Source: Phoronis australis (lineage: Eukaryota; Animalia; Phoronida). From it: a stretch of DNA of 64,000 bases. Where the stretch lies: the NCBI GenBank assembly GCA_002633005.1, contig NMRA01000031.1, forward strand, positions 719,185 to 783,184, given 5' to 3'. The number at the start of each line of letters is the position of its first letter. The stretch's first letter is position 1. Below are positions 1 through 10,971 of this stretch, piece after piece. The notes beneath the pieces were generated by a model, which saw nothing but the letters and a program-made list of their open reading frames with translations, made no database searches and was not told where the DNA came from. The position numbers were made by a program, and so were the translations under genes.

Positions 1-59
1 TAAAATCACAAAAGCAAAGCGGATTTTGTTGTTTTGATCAAAGCTTATAAGTTCGAGAA

Positions 60-342
60 GTCCTGTATTCATACAGTATGAATAAGACACCGGTTAAATC
101 GGCCAGATATGTGTCTATTGTACATGTATGTGCTTCAAGCACGCGGCCATTAAACTTCACTGCAGAAACGAAATAGTAGCTGCGACTCCACTTGCATGAC
201 AAATCGTTCACAGTCCACCATTTTTTTCACGGTATTGTAAAGCTAACCAATGACTGCTGAGGTTACATCAACCAAATGCTAAAGCGCGTGCTACTGCGTG
301 ATACCTGCGTGCTGGCTAGGCACGTAGGGGACCCGCGAGCGG
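60..342 (+). mobile_element. 5'-truncated copy of ~590-bp TIR MITE family A (Academ-like)
   Basis: Aligns directly with 63721-64000 (gtcctgtattcata...ggcacgtaggggacc) and with the reverse complement of 54974-55266. Ends in the family TIR ...ggcacgtaggggacccgcgagcgg. Confidence 0.85.
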
Positions 343-1099
343 AGCTATATTTCGGTTCTGAACCAACGCCCTCCGACGTACATACAACAAACTAATCAAC
401 TATGCTGGATACTGCACTTTTTGCTGTCTTACATCAAAGCGTAAAATTCTAATGTTCTGATCAGTCGCGTGCGATCACTATGGGAGAACAAAACTTAACC
501 ACTAAAAGTTACGACAATTCAACGAATCCTATTCACGGCACGAAGGCAGATCTGCCGCCTTTTTGTTACCGTTAAACATTCATACGGTTTCAATTTGATT
601 ACCTTTTGCTGTTTTTCCGACAACCATCTTGATGAATTTTCTCTTAAGTGCACTTTGTCTCCAGGAGTCATGGCTAGATGACGTTGATGACCTTTCTATA
701 TTATTTCAAATTGAGCACACATGTATTTCTTAGGGTAGGAAATGTTGTCACCGTGGTGGAAGCATCACGGAAACATTGTCGTTTGAATTCAAAACTTGTA
801 AAATTAAGAATGTTGTTTTTTCCGTTCTCGAAATGGTGAATTTTCAACTCTCATAATTTGAATGGATCTACCACAATCATTGAATTGTCTATGAATTAAT
901 TGCGGTTTCTAAAATTGATCCAGTTTTCGGAATCTATATTTCCAATACCACCACTTACTAATTTTCTTTAAGAGAACAATAAAAAGCAATAACTCCTAAA
1001 TGTGTTTATAGACATGCCATAAATGTATATGTAGACATGCCATAAACGATGGTTGCGTGAAAAAGGTGTATGGGGAATCGTCGTTGTACGATGTACTTA

Positions 1100-2850
1100 C
1101 TTACATGGGACCAGTTTAATCGGTGACCTCACTGCTAACGAGACTCCATCTGTTCTTTTTTAGATAAATTTAGTGCAAAAGGTAACAGATTTAATAGACA
1201 CAAGCATAAAATCAACTAGCCGATACCTATGGTAGGTTAAATTCTCTTGAGTTTAAAGATAAGCTATATTGAGAACTTCTTATCGATTCCTCGAATCGTC
1301 ATCAATTTTGTTGCATTGAGAAACAAAATTGAAAAACATAGGATGTTATGAAAAAAGTTGCGAAAAAGGTCAAGAGGTTTTATTACCATCAACAGTTTCG
1401 GACCCATGCTGACTCTCCAAAGGAAGGACATGCTTAACATTTATGAAATCGAAATGTTTCGGCAAATTACGCTAATAGATTGAGCGTTAATGATGAGATT
1501 GCGTGTGACAAGGATGAAATTTTTAGTAGTTAACATGAAATGTTTAGCACTATTGTTTTATCGTCAGTTCAAATGCTTTAATGTTCTTTTCGAAATGTGA
1601 GTGTGTTGTTGGATTTGACGCAAACCCGAATAGTCCTTTAGACAAAGGTAATCAATTCTCTCACAGGCGGCCCAACTAAAGCAACCTGTCGTCATAAGAG
1701 GATGTCTATGAACATAAAGAAATGTTTGATTAATGCATTAATTAATATACTGTGTATAGTTTTTAAGCAATCTATTTCTATACCAAACCTTTCCAGATAA
1801 CATGGACATTACATAGGGGATTCCTGTAATTAAAATCAGGACCAGCTATTTTAGATAACTGCAGAGCTATTTCTGTTCTCTCATATTTTTTTAAAATTTT
1901 TAATCACGACAAGCTTTGAGACCATTTTCAACCCGATTACTAGGCTATATCCCGCTCAATGTGGCTTCATTTGAAATCATGATTAGAATTGTCAAAACAA
2001 TGGAAATAGTAGATTACTTCTGGCTTTCTTAATTGGTTTTTCCGAAGCTTTTGACTTTTTAAGTCCTTAAGTTTTACTTAATAAGATGGGATAGTATGGT
2101 TACAATGCGCCATCTTTATTTTGTTTGCGTAGTTAATAATATCTATCATTCCGTTCTCAGAATGCTCAAATGTACATAAACAAAGAGTTTAACACAGTTA
2201 AAATTACGCGGGTGTCCCTCAGGGTTCGGAATTGGGTCCAATACTCTTTATTATGTATACGAATGATTTTGCAAATTGTACCAGTTTCCTTGACTGCATT
2301 CTTTATGTTGGTGAAGTAACCGTTGCTAAGAGTATTTACAGATCATTGCTTGATTTTTGTTATTTCAGAAAACTCAGTCCTGGTTAAACGAAAATGTACT
2401 GGTTTTAAACACAGATAAGTTAAAGTACATGTCTTCCGTAAACCTTTAGAGTTTAATGATAACTTTCATCCAAAGTTTAATAATTTAGAAATTGAAAGTC
2501 AATTCTTTTAATTTACTTGATAATGATAGTCATAATTATCCCTTGTGCTCGCTAGATTTTTAGAAAATTAAGCAAATTATGTGGTTCTAACATTTCTACA
2601 CTTTGAAACGATGGAAACGATGAAGACTCTATACATGTATAATAGCCTTGCTATGCCTCATTTTAACTATGGCATATTGCTTCAGGGTGCGAACACCTTA
2701 CAGAAAATGTTGTTGAAATTATCGCATCTAGTTTCATACGGCTTCATTATTTAAGACTACACAGTTATTCAAAATGTGGTATTTATGCTGCGTCTTATTC
2801 GTCAAATTTTATAACTGTTCTCCACCTTACCTATTCGGTTCTTAATTGCT
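1100..2850 (+). mobile_element. Decayed non-LTR retrotransposon ORF2 (CR1-group: L2/Crack/Daphne-like) reverse transcriptase fragment
   Basis: At 2211 reads GVPQGSELGPILFIMYTNDF..CILYVGE (cf. GVPQGSILGPLLFLIYIND..LFADD). Downstream WLNENVLVLNTDKLKYM and YNSLAMPHFNYGILLQG; upstream QCGF and EAFD remnants. Many stops and frameshifts; 5' boundary approximate. Confidence 0.85.
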
Positions 2851-3235
2851 CCCATTATACTAGTCATAACGTCATCTTTTACACACATTCGTTAATTGCT
2901 GGTACTCTGGAATTATGAAGGTCATGACCTTGAATGCACCATTCCAAGCTGTTTCAATTGCAACTACTAGTTAATTTCTATTCCTGTGTTTTGCCACCAA
3001 ATTTAAAGTGACCTTAGATATCCGTTTCATCTATCACTTGCGTTGATATCTGATGGCTCCTTGACGTAGTCTCCATAAGCTGTTGTGAGAAAAACGTAAA
3101 CTATTAAAGGCAACAATCAGTTCCTCTTCCCTCCCACCGTAGTGCAAAAATTGTCGAAAATGTCATTGCTAGTAGTCAACGTAAGTAAATTACGAGTTGT
3201 TAATCTGTTATTATCAAGCGATAGAGACACGCACC

Positions 3236-3480
3236 CTTAAAGGTACAATATCGGCTTTACAGCCAAACACGGCAATTTTGGGATATTGTTGGATGGAACA
3301 CACTTCTTGAAGTTGACAGGTTTAACCAGAGCTATAAACAACAAATTTCCCTTATGTTGTGTTTTTATTACAAATCGCCTAATGAGTTCTCTCCATTGTG
3401 TGCCAAACATTCGCTGAAATCAATTTCGGTGACTTTATCAGCTAAATACGTTTAAAATTCATTGCCATTTATTGAGTGGG
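3236..3480 (+). mobile_element. Dispersed repeat family K (Kolobok-like MITE fragment)
   Basis: Starts ttaaaggtacaatatc (TTAA + AGG). Core tgttggatggaacacacttcttgaagtt...agagctataaa recurs at ~59805-60115 (+) and ~41280-41420 (-). Confidence 0.55.
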
Positions 3481-4029
3481 GTTTAGTTACCTAAGCAGAA
3501 CGATCGACTATGGCCGTGGGGGCTGCAGGTTCGATTCCGTACTGAGACTGTTCTCAGAAAAGCACTTTCCTCGCAGATAATGTCTCTTTAACGCACACAC
3601 TCATAATTAGTTTATATAAATACTCCACCTGCAGTAGACAGTTTTGGTCAGAAACTACTCGTGCTGTGCCGATGTACAAGGTTGACTGACTAACATAGAC
3701 GTCAAGTTTCTGAAGAAATATACTTTGTTAATTAACGCCAGATTTTGTGCTTCGCAGATCATTTTTTGGTGCTGAGGTAATGCACTCGAAGCAAAGAGGC
3801 CTGCAACCTGTATTCAGGAATCAAAATGTTCAAATACTTGATTTCAACAAACAACGAGAAAAAATTCCGAGTTTGGCGAAATCACGCAAATCATCGCGGG
3901 ATATCCCCATGTATTACAAGTGAAGCAAGTAAATAATAAAAAAATAATTGCAGGTGGTCTGATACACGTTGTACCAGACGTGCGCAGGCCTCGCATGTGG
4001 GCCCATTGCACTGATCACCTGGAAATATT

Positions 4030-4176
4030 TTTATGCTTTATTAATATATGGTTAAAACCGAGCTGAGGAGCTAGAAACCTGGCTCAAGGGTTTAGCAGTG
4101 TGACCCGGTGGGACTCGAACCCACGACCTCGAGTAAAGAAAGCGGGCACTTATCAACCAGGCCACACTGCCTCCTC
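4030..4176 (-). mobile_element. tRNA-derived SINE head with Pol III A/B boxes
   Basis: Minus strand reads ggaggcagtgTGGCCTGGTTGataagtgcccg...gaggtcgtgGGTTCGAGTCCcaccgggtcacac...cccttgagccagg, then an A-rich tail. A box 4154-4164, B box 4111-4121. No complete cloverleaf. Confidence 0.75.
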
Positions 4177-4797
4177 ATAGCAAGTAAATTCACCTAACCC
4201 TCCCTCGCGAGTATCTACATGTAGCGTTCCTTAACGAGCCCCTGTTTTGTAAGAATTATTACACGGACATCACTGTTAGACAACGATTTTCGAATAGTTA
4301 TAATTATTGAACATAGGGCGTTATTGGCAGTGAGAATTGTTTCATTAATTAACGTTGTTAAAGTAATTTTTCTAGTGTACTAATGAAACCCCCTCAGTGA
4401 ATAAAAAATCACAAGTGCGCACTCGTGTCCTGGAAATACGAAGTATGACTAAAATGTGCACAAAAAGTTTGAAATATGAGTGCCAGGAAACAGGTTTAAT
4501 GCGAAATAACGGTGTTTTTCTCATCCCACGCATCTAAGAGTTTTTTTTGCAAAGCTTAGAGCTTGGAATAAGTGTCACAAAAATTTTGACTCTGATTTAG
4601 GAAAAAAACGTCGAGCACCAAGCGCAATGAGATTTGCACCTCCAGCGCAACTAGTGACGACACTTCAACGGAGATGATGCGCCAAAAGCTGTTTCTGTGT
4701 TTTTTCTATAGTGAGAATTGTGCTCATTTTGAGCTTAGGACGCACTTGTCGAAGGAGAAGTGCTTGTCCCATGTGTAGGCTGCGGGAGAATCAGGTG

Positions 4798-5057
4798 CAT
4801 GCTCGCACCCGGGGGGGCTCGGGGGCTCGAATGAGCCCCCCCCACCATTTGGCGAATTGGGCAAAAAGGTCCGCCTCAGAGAAAGAAAAAGTCCGAGAAA
4901 ACGAGACAAATGTCCACAGGAAATCAGCGCGAATGGACACTTCATAGGCCTGAACCTAATACCCCCCTTTTTTAGTCCTCGTTTTCTGTTTTCAGTAAAA
5001 GGTCCACATACCGAAAAATTCGAGCCCCCCCTAAATTTTATGCTGGGTGCGCGCATC
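4798..5057 (+). mobile_element. MITE family B copy 1 (CATG termini, 5-bp TSD; hAT5-like)
   Basis: TIR catgctcgcacccgg / ctgggtgcgcgcatc. Flanks aggtg / agctg (4/5). Homologous to 10693-10971 and 23269-23504. Confidence 0.85.
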
Positions 5058-5370
5058 AGCTGTGCAGAGAACGAACAATTCTCTTCGTTGTATCTAACTT
5101 CTTTGACATGCAATAAGAAATTTGGGTTACTCGTAAATCGAAGAAATGTAATTAGTTCTGTGTAAGCCATTGTTCTGAATATTTTAGGACACCCTGACCC
5201 CATACAAAGGTTCGTTCCAACATGGACCATCGCAAACGAGTGGACACTGCACGCGATAGTTTTTGTGCTGCTACGAAAATCACAAAACGCATGAAACGTA
5301 CTCTTATGCTTTGTGGCCTGGTGGGATAATTCTTGTGAGATAGCCGAGTAGTTTTTATTTTATACAATTT

Positions 5371-5788
5371 CACAAGAGGCCATCACGACACCCTGAGAAC
5401 AGGCTACCCGAACACCATGGGCCATGCATTCATGAACGCGATTGACGGTCTTGTAAGCCCAGTTCACTGACCCACAAATAGGTCCCACACTCACAAAACA
5501 CGGCTTACGCACCCACCTGGGAGTAATATAGTCCTAGGCACCCACCAAGCACGCTTCCTTGTCCGCAATCACGGCTCACAGACTCGCCGCTGGGTCGTGC
5601 ACGTGATTCCCGTGAGTCAGTGAGTTGTGTTATTGAGTGTCTAAGCCGTGTTTTGTCAGTGCAGGGCTGTGATTGTGAATCAATGAGTCTATTTCACAGG
5701 TCTGTGAGCCGTGTTCATCAGTGCGTAAGCTGTGTTCTTAAAGTAACCTGGATGAGACGTGGAGGTATTACGGCCTAAATCTCTTGTG
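5371..5788. mobile_element. 418-bp foldback MITE with CAC...GTG ends and 4-bp TSD (Chapaev/CMC-like)
   Basis: Ends cacaagag / ctcttgtg, both flanked by ATTT (5367-5370, 5789-5792). Internal inverted motifs such as acaaaacacggctta / taagccgtgttttgt. Confidence 0.7.
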
Positions 5789-6114
5789 ATTTACACATTT
5801 TACAGTGCGTTTAGCTCACCTGGTTCTTCTCAGACATCAATAATTAGAAATTTGACGAGATGTTTTTTACGAAATCACCAGTCGTGCTAACGTTAGGTGC
5901 AATTATAAAGTATAATTTTCACACGGTACAACTATTGATGGATAAACGAAGTGCTAAAAACAATCGGACACAATAAATTGGTCAGGTATATGGAGAAAGA
6001 TTGTTTGCACTTAGCTTATTTCCTGCATTCTAATAATACAGAAAGTGAAGACTTCTCATATTACGATGGCCTGTTGAAGGCTTTATAAGATCTTAGAAGA
6101 GTACCCAAATTTTA

Positions 6115-6255
6115 CATATCTCAGAAATGGCCAAGTCGGATTTTTGAGAAAAGTTGGGTTACTATGCTTTATACACTGCTCCCCAAAACGAGGCTAAGAA
6201 TTGTTTTAAAGTTTTCCACTTTTGTATGAGGGGCTATCAAAAGTAGAACTTTATA
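6115..6255 (+). repeat. Dispersed repeat fragment, second copy at ~42775-42915
   Basis: catatctcagaaatggccaagtcggat...tactatgctttatacactg...attgttttaaagttttccacttttg vs catactcagatatggctaatcggat...tactatgtgttatacactg...attgttttaaatgttccacttttg. Confidence 0.7.
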
Positions 6256-8769
6256 AAAAAATCTTGAGCTGCATAAAGCGAAAACGAAATGATATTTCAA
6301 AAATTAACAACGGTTTAGAGGTCTAATCTTTAAGATTTTTATCAAATGAAATTTTATCGTGTTATTGATACCGTTGTTTTGCTATCAATGTACCTGTTTG
6401 CTAAATGTTACTATACAGACATGGTCTCGTGTTCCAATTGATGACAGATGATAAAAACTAAAAGTAAAGTTCTACAACCTTACTGCTTTCAGAAATATAC
6501 ACTTTTACTGAGTTAAATCAATGGTTTTGTAGGTATTTGGCTGAATACGTAGTCAGTAAGGTCATACTTACCTTGGGAATGAACATAGAAAAAATAATAG
6601 CCATTAAATGTATATTGCGTGCGTACAATTCTGAACCCACATATATTGATATTTTTTCGGGCAAACATGAATTTTGGTGGCTAGTGTTGTACTGTTTCGT
6701 TTTTGAGTTGCGCCTGTCAAAAGTAATACAAGTTTGGGCCTCTTGAGCTAGGCAAGTTAACACTTGCAGTTTTTGGCCGGTTGAAGCTCCGAAGGGACAT
6801 TTTCTGATTGTTAAACCACTTGATCTCAAGCACCTTTTCATTCAATAATAATTTGAAGTTGATAATTTTTTAACCACTGAAAGAACATGCAGTAAGAAAC
6901 AAATTTGCAGTGTTATTTCAAAAAATGCTTTTGCTGCAGAAACTTGTAAAATATGCCTTTGACCGCGTAAGTAGAAAAAACATACATTTTAAACGTGTAC
7001 CTGGTGCGTGACGCAGCATTAATGGTATTAAAAACCCATAATAATGCTAACTGGATGCATGCGGCTATGGGTGCTTGCTCACGGCCACTGAGTTTCTATA
7101 AATGAGAATATTCAGGGGATATGACGCCATATATCCTGGCGCGCGAGCGGTGTAAAAATGGCCAGATTTGGGCAACTGAACGAAGGACTGCTCGAAAAAA
7201 GTTTGAATCTGGGAGTATTTGTTCGAGTTGAAAGGAATTGAAGACGTCGATGACCTCTTGAGGAGTCCCTCTATGGGAAAAAGGTACTTATAGCAACGTT
7301 TTTTGATCGTTTAATCAGTGTGAGGCAAATTTTCCCGAAAGCTTCCGGCCTATGGGAGTGCCACCGTCTCTACTTCTAAGCAGAGACGGTGGCACTGTCT
7401 ACTGGCTGTGAAGACGGTTCTTTTAGTTTTGTTCATCTCCAGTGCAGCGCAGGCTTTGTGCAATCCGAAAATGCTGTCACGTTCCTGACTGTATTGACTA
7501 CATACTAGAAAGTCACGTGAGTTGACCAACCTGTTAGGTGTCGTTTCAGAGCCGCGCAATATACGCTACGAAATAACACCAGCGCAATAAAAGGCAACAG
7601 TGAGATTACAAATATGTTGTCGTTACCCATCGTATATCAACTTGGTATTAAGAGTATTAAAAAGAGAATCATCGGGATGAGGGAACCAACCTGTGTCCTT
7701 TTTGCTAAGTTATTTGACGACATTGCTATGACCAATCGGTGCCATCTAGTCTCTGCTATCGGGTGGCAGCAACCAATAGAATATTCGGGATAGACCGGGT
7801 TTGTTGACAATTTTAATGAGTAATACTGAAGTTCAGTGAATCTGGTTTGCTTGTGTTAGAATATGTTGTGAATGAGAAACACCTATTCTTTTCGTGCGTA
7901 GATACACCTGTTCTTCAAAATGGCGTCTCCCTATACCATTATTGCATTGCTGTGCAGCTACTGAGAAATCTGCTGCGATTTCAGGCAGCCTTCAAAATTC
8001 TCAGAATTGCAAAAAAAATCCAATTGAATTGCAGCGTATTGCCTATAACATTGGCAAGAAGTGGTAATTTTGGGTTGAAAACTGTAAACTATCCCTTTTT
8101 GGCACCTTTTTACAGAGCATGCTTTCGTCGGAGAAAGGAAAAAAAATGAGACAAAATAAAGCTTCTGTGGTCATGTGAAGCAGTTTTGATGTGAAAAACT
8201 CACAACTTTTTATTTTGTTCATAGAATTTTCGACAAAGCTGGAAGAAAAGCAGCAATCATAGTGACTTGTGCACTGGCTGGCCAGTGAGAACTGTACAGT
8301 GCCTCCTACGGTACTAGCCTAAGGTTCCTGCTAATGAAGTGTCGGATTTCCGTTAGACTTCACACCATCTCAGTGTGTGTGTGTGGTCGTGGTACAAGTA
8401 ATAGGGAGAGGGAAGGAGAGATCCTGGGGTCTGCTCCGATTTATTAGTCAATACTCAGACTTCATTGAAAATACACATAACCACTGAAGTAAGCTGTGCA
8501 GGAACTGACGCAATTAAACAAGATCAGATATTATTAGCATCTGTATCAAGTCTCAAAACACTATAATAGCACGATAAACATGATGATTTGATTACAAAAA
8601 GCACAAGCTGGCATTGTTCTCGAATTGATTTATTTGGTAGACGCTTTCACTTCCGCACAGCCAAGCTTAACAATGACGGCATTCATGGTACGAGAAATTT
8701 CCCTCGTACACATTTGACACTAGGCCTACATGTATGATAGATGATCTGTGACATAAGTGTTGTCGACAC

Positions 8770-8991
8770 CACTGTTCTAAACTTTAGTCAGCAAATAAAT
8801 GTGCATTAAATCAGTTTTTGGCCACAATAAGATCAAAAACGGGACGATCGCCGCACAAATAAAAAAATGTGCAGGCCCGCCGAGCTACTACTTGAGACCA
8901 CATCCACATAGCGCTATATGTGAAAGTTTACTGGCCCGGCCGCAAATGCACCGGCTCCGAGCCACCGGGCCAGCGTGTATTTCGAACACTG
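8770..8991. mobile_element. hAT-type MITE with degenerate 8-bp TSD
   Basis: TIR cactgttctaaa / tttcgaacactg. Flanks gtcgacac / gtggacaa (6/8). An internal fragment recurs at ~20825-20875. Confidence 0.7.
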
Positions 8992-9123
8992 GTGGACAAT
9001 GACCTTATTAAACACACTAAAGCTGCATTTTGCTTTGCTTAGTTGGCGGAAAACGAATGTCGAATTAGGGATTTTACTTTCGTCAACTCGGTCTCATATA
9101 AATGCGGATTATTAGGTGGCGAA

Positions 9124-9230
9124 GTTGTTATCTCCCGTAATCTAGAGCCCGAGTGGATTTTGGAGAATTGTCGCCCGAGGGGTGTTTAGTCCCTCGGGCG
9201 ATAATTCTCCACGATAAGGGGGATAACGAC
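9124..9230. repeat. Nested palindrome (Crypton-like non-autonomous element core)
   Basis: 21-bp arms tggagaattgtcgcccgaggg / ccctcgggcgataattctcca (1 mismatch) around a 9-nt loop, plus outer arms gttgttatctccc / gggggataacgac. Confidence 0.65.
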
Positions 9231-9266
9231 TGAGAACATGTAATAAACTATTTATACCACATACTG

Positions 9267-9518
9267 CAGTGGCGGATCTAGGATACCATAAGAGGGGGCC
9301 CAACATTTTGTTTTGGGCAATTGTGCTTTACGATTGCGTGCGAAAACCCAGCCCGAAATATGGGGGGCTCCAATTTCTGGACCTCGTTGGACAGAGCTAA
9401 CGGTGGACTAAAAAAACGCCGTTTGCGCAGGTCGTCGCACATGTGCGATTNTTATTTTTTGCGGCAGCTAGGGGGAGGGGTGGCGGACCCCCTGCCCCCC
9501 CACCTAAATCCGCCTATG
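9267..9518. mobile_element. hAT-like MITE (CAGTGGCGGATCTAGG termini)
   Basis: TIR cagtggcggatctagg / cctaaatccgcctatg. Flanks tactg / caccg differ by two C/T transitions. A related end (cagcagcggatttagggggg) lies at ~41514. Confidence 0.7.
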
Positions 9519-10692
9519 CACCGAACGAGAAACATTGCAATGAATGAATCTGCCTTTCTCGACTCGCCTAGGGCTTGGAACTACTTTCTATGTCAAAGAC
9601 CCGGGGTCGGAGGTTGTGACCTTTTAAGAAACGCCGAGTCACTCTTCTCAAAATAATGTTTTACTCAAAACCAATTGAAAATTTAAACAAAATAGAAATT
9701 AAGTGAATCTATAAAATAAGTCTTAAGCAAATAAGCTAGCTTATTACACATCTTATCATGCTAAGCTTCGGACCACCTTGAAAATATCGTCTGCTAAAGC
9801 GGCTAATTCACTAATTCTTATTTAGACCACTAGATGCCGCTATAAAATTGTTTTCCGCTTGTTCCTTACTCAGAGGACGAGGTGCATTTGGTCTTGCAAG
9901 GTTCTGACAGGCCGTTATTGCCCGAGACTGGTCGGCCAGTAAAATGACGCCATGGCTGAAATAAGCAATTTGGAGATCTTTGCCACGAGCAATAAAGAAC
10001 TATCAGTTCTTTCCAAGCCTGGAAATCACACCTCTTTTTACGAAGGAAAAATTGAGATCGTTTCATCACACTAAGTTATCTAAATAAATGTTTTTGTGAC
10101 GGATAAACCATTTAACGATTTGCTCTATTTTGGCGGTATCTTTCAATTACGCCTGCCATATTCACAAATTTGTTGATTATATGCTTGTTCATCAGAGTAT
10201 ATTTCAATTGCTGAAACTATCCTTGTTACCGGTATTTCAATTGCTGTCTTGTAGAGGCCGTCGCTAAATGTACGTTTCTTGTTATTTTGGGAACAGCTAA
10301 GCCAAGCGTAAGCGAGTTTCCACCGCCATTTTGTAGTACCCGCGATAGAAGAATCTACCGCTAGTAATTTACTACGGAAGCCAGCGCTGGTGTTAGCATG
10401 TTACTTATGTCGTACTCGTTTAAGCCTGCGCAAAATGTTCATAACATTTATCGACAGTATTTGAGTGTATGAGTTTTAGGCCCAACCCTTACTTTCTGCC
10501 ATGAGAAAACAAGTTTTGATTTTGTCTTCTTGCCGTTATGAAATTAGTGTTCCTTAGTCAAAACGTGCGATTTCACAGTGAGGTAGTTCCATTTTTCTTT
10601 AGACCAAGCTCGAATTTTTTTGTTTTTTGGCAGTTCTAAGTGAGCCGACTCTTGCGATTTTCCATGTGACGTTCGTGCAAAGGGTTCTCTTA

Positions 10693-10971
10693 CATGCGCG
10701 CACGCGGGGGGGGCTCGAGGGGCTCGAATGAGTCCCCCCATTTGGCAAAGTGGGCAACAAAAAGGTCCGCCCCAGAGAAACAAAAAGTCCGAGAAAACGA
10801 AATAAAACGTCCACTAAAAAGGCGCAACCGCTGAATTCAAATTTACAGAACGTACAGCTCTGGTCGTGGTACTGTTTTTTTTTTTAGTCGCATGACTATT
10901 TTGTTACTAAAAGGTCCACATGGCCAGGAATTCTAGCCCCCCCCCCATATTGAAGACTGGGTGCGCGCATG
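10693..10971 (+). mobile_element. MITE family B copy 2
   Basis: TIR catgcgcgcac / gtgcgcgcatg. Perfect 5-bp TSD TCTTA (10688-10692, 10972-10976). Confidence 0.9.

Noticed and set aside
3475-3545. tRNA gene suggested by GGTTCGATTCC B box
   Set aside because: No clear A box, acceptor stem or anticodon arm. At most a degraded SINE head.
4711-5230. Overlapping ORFs up to 168 aa, with similar peptides at 10544-10814 and 23182-23475
   Set aside because: The similarity comes from the non-coding GC-rich MITE family B. Frames are not conserved between copies.
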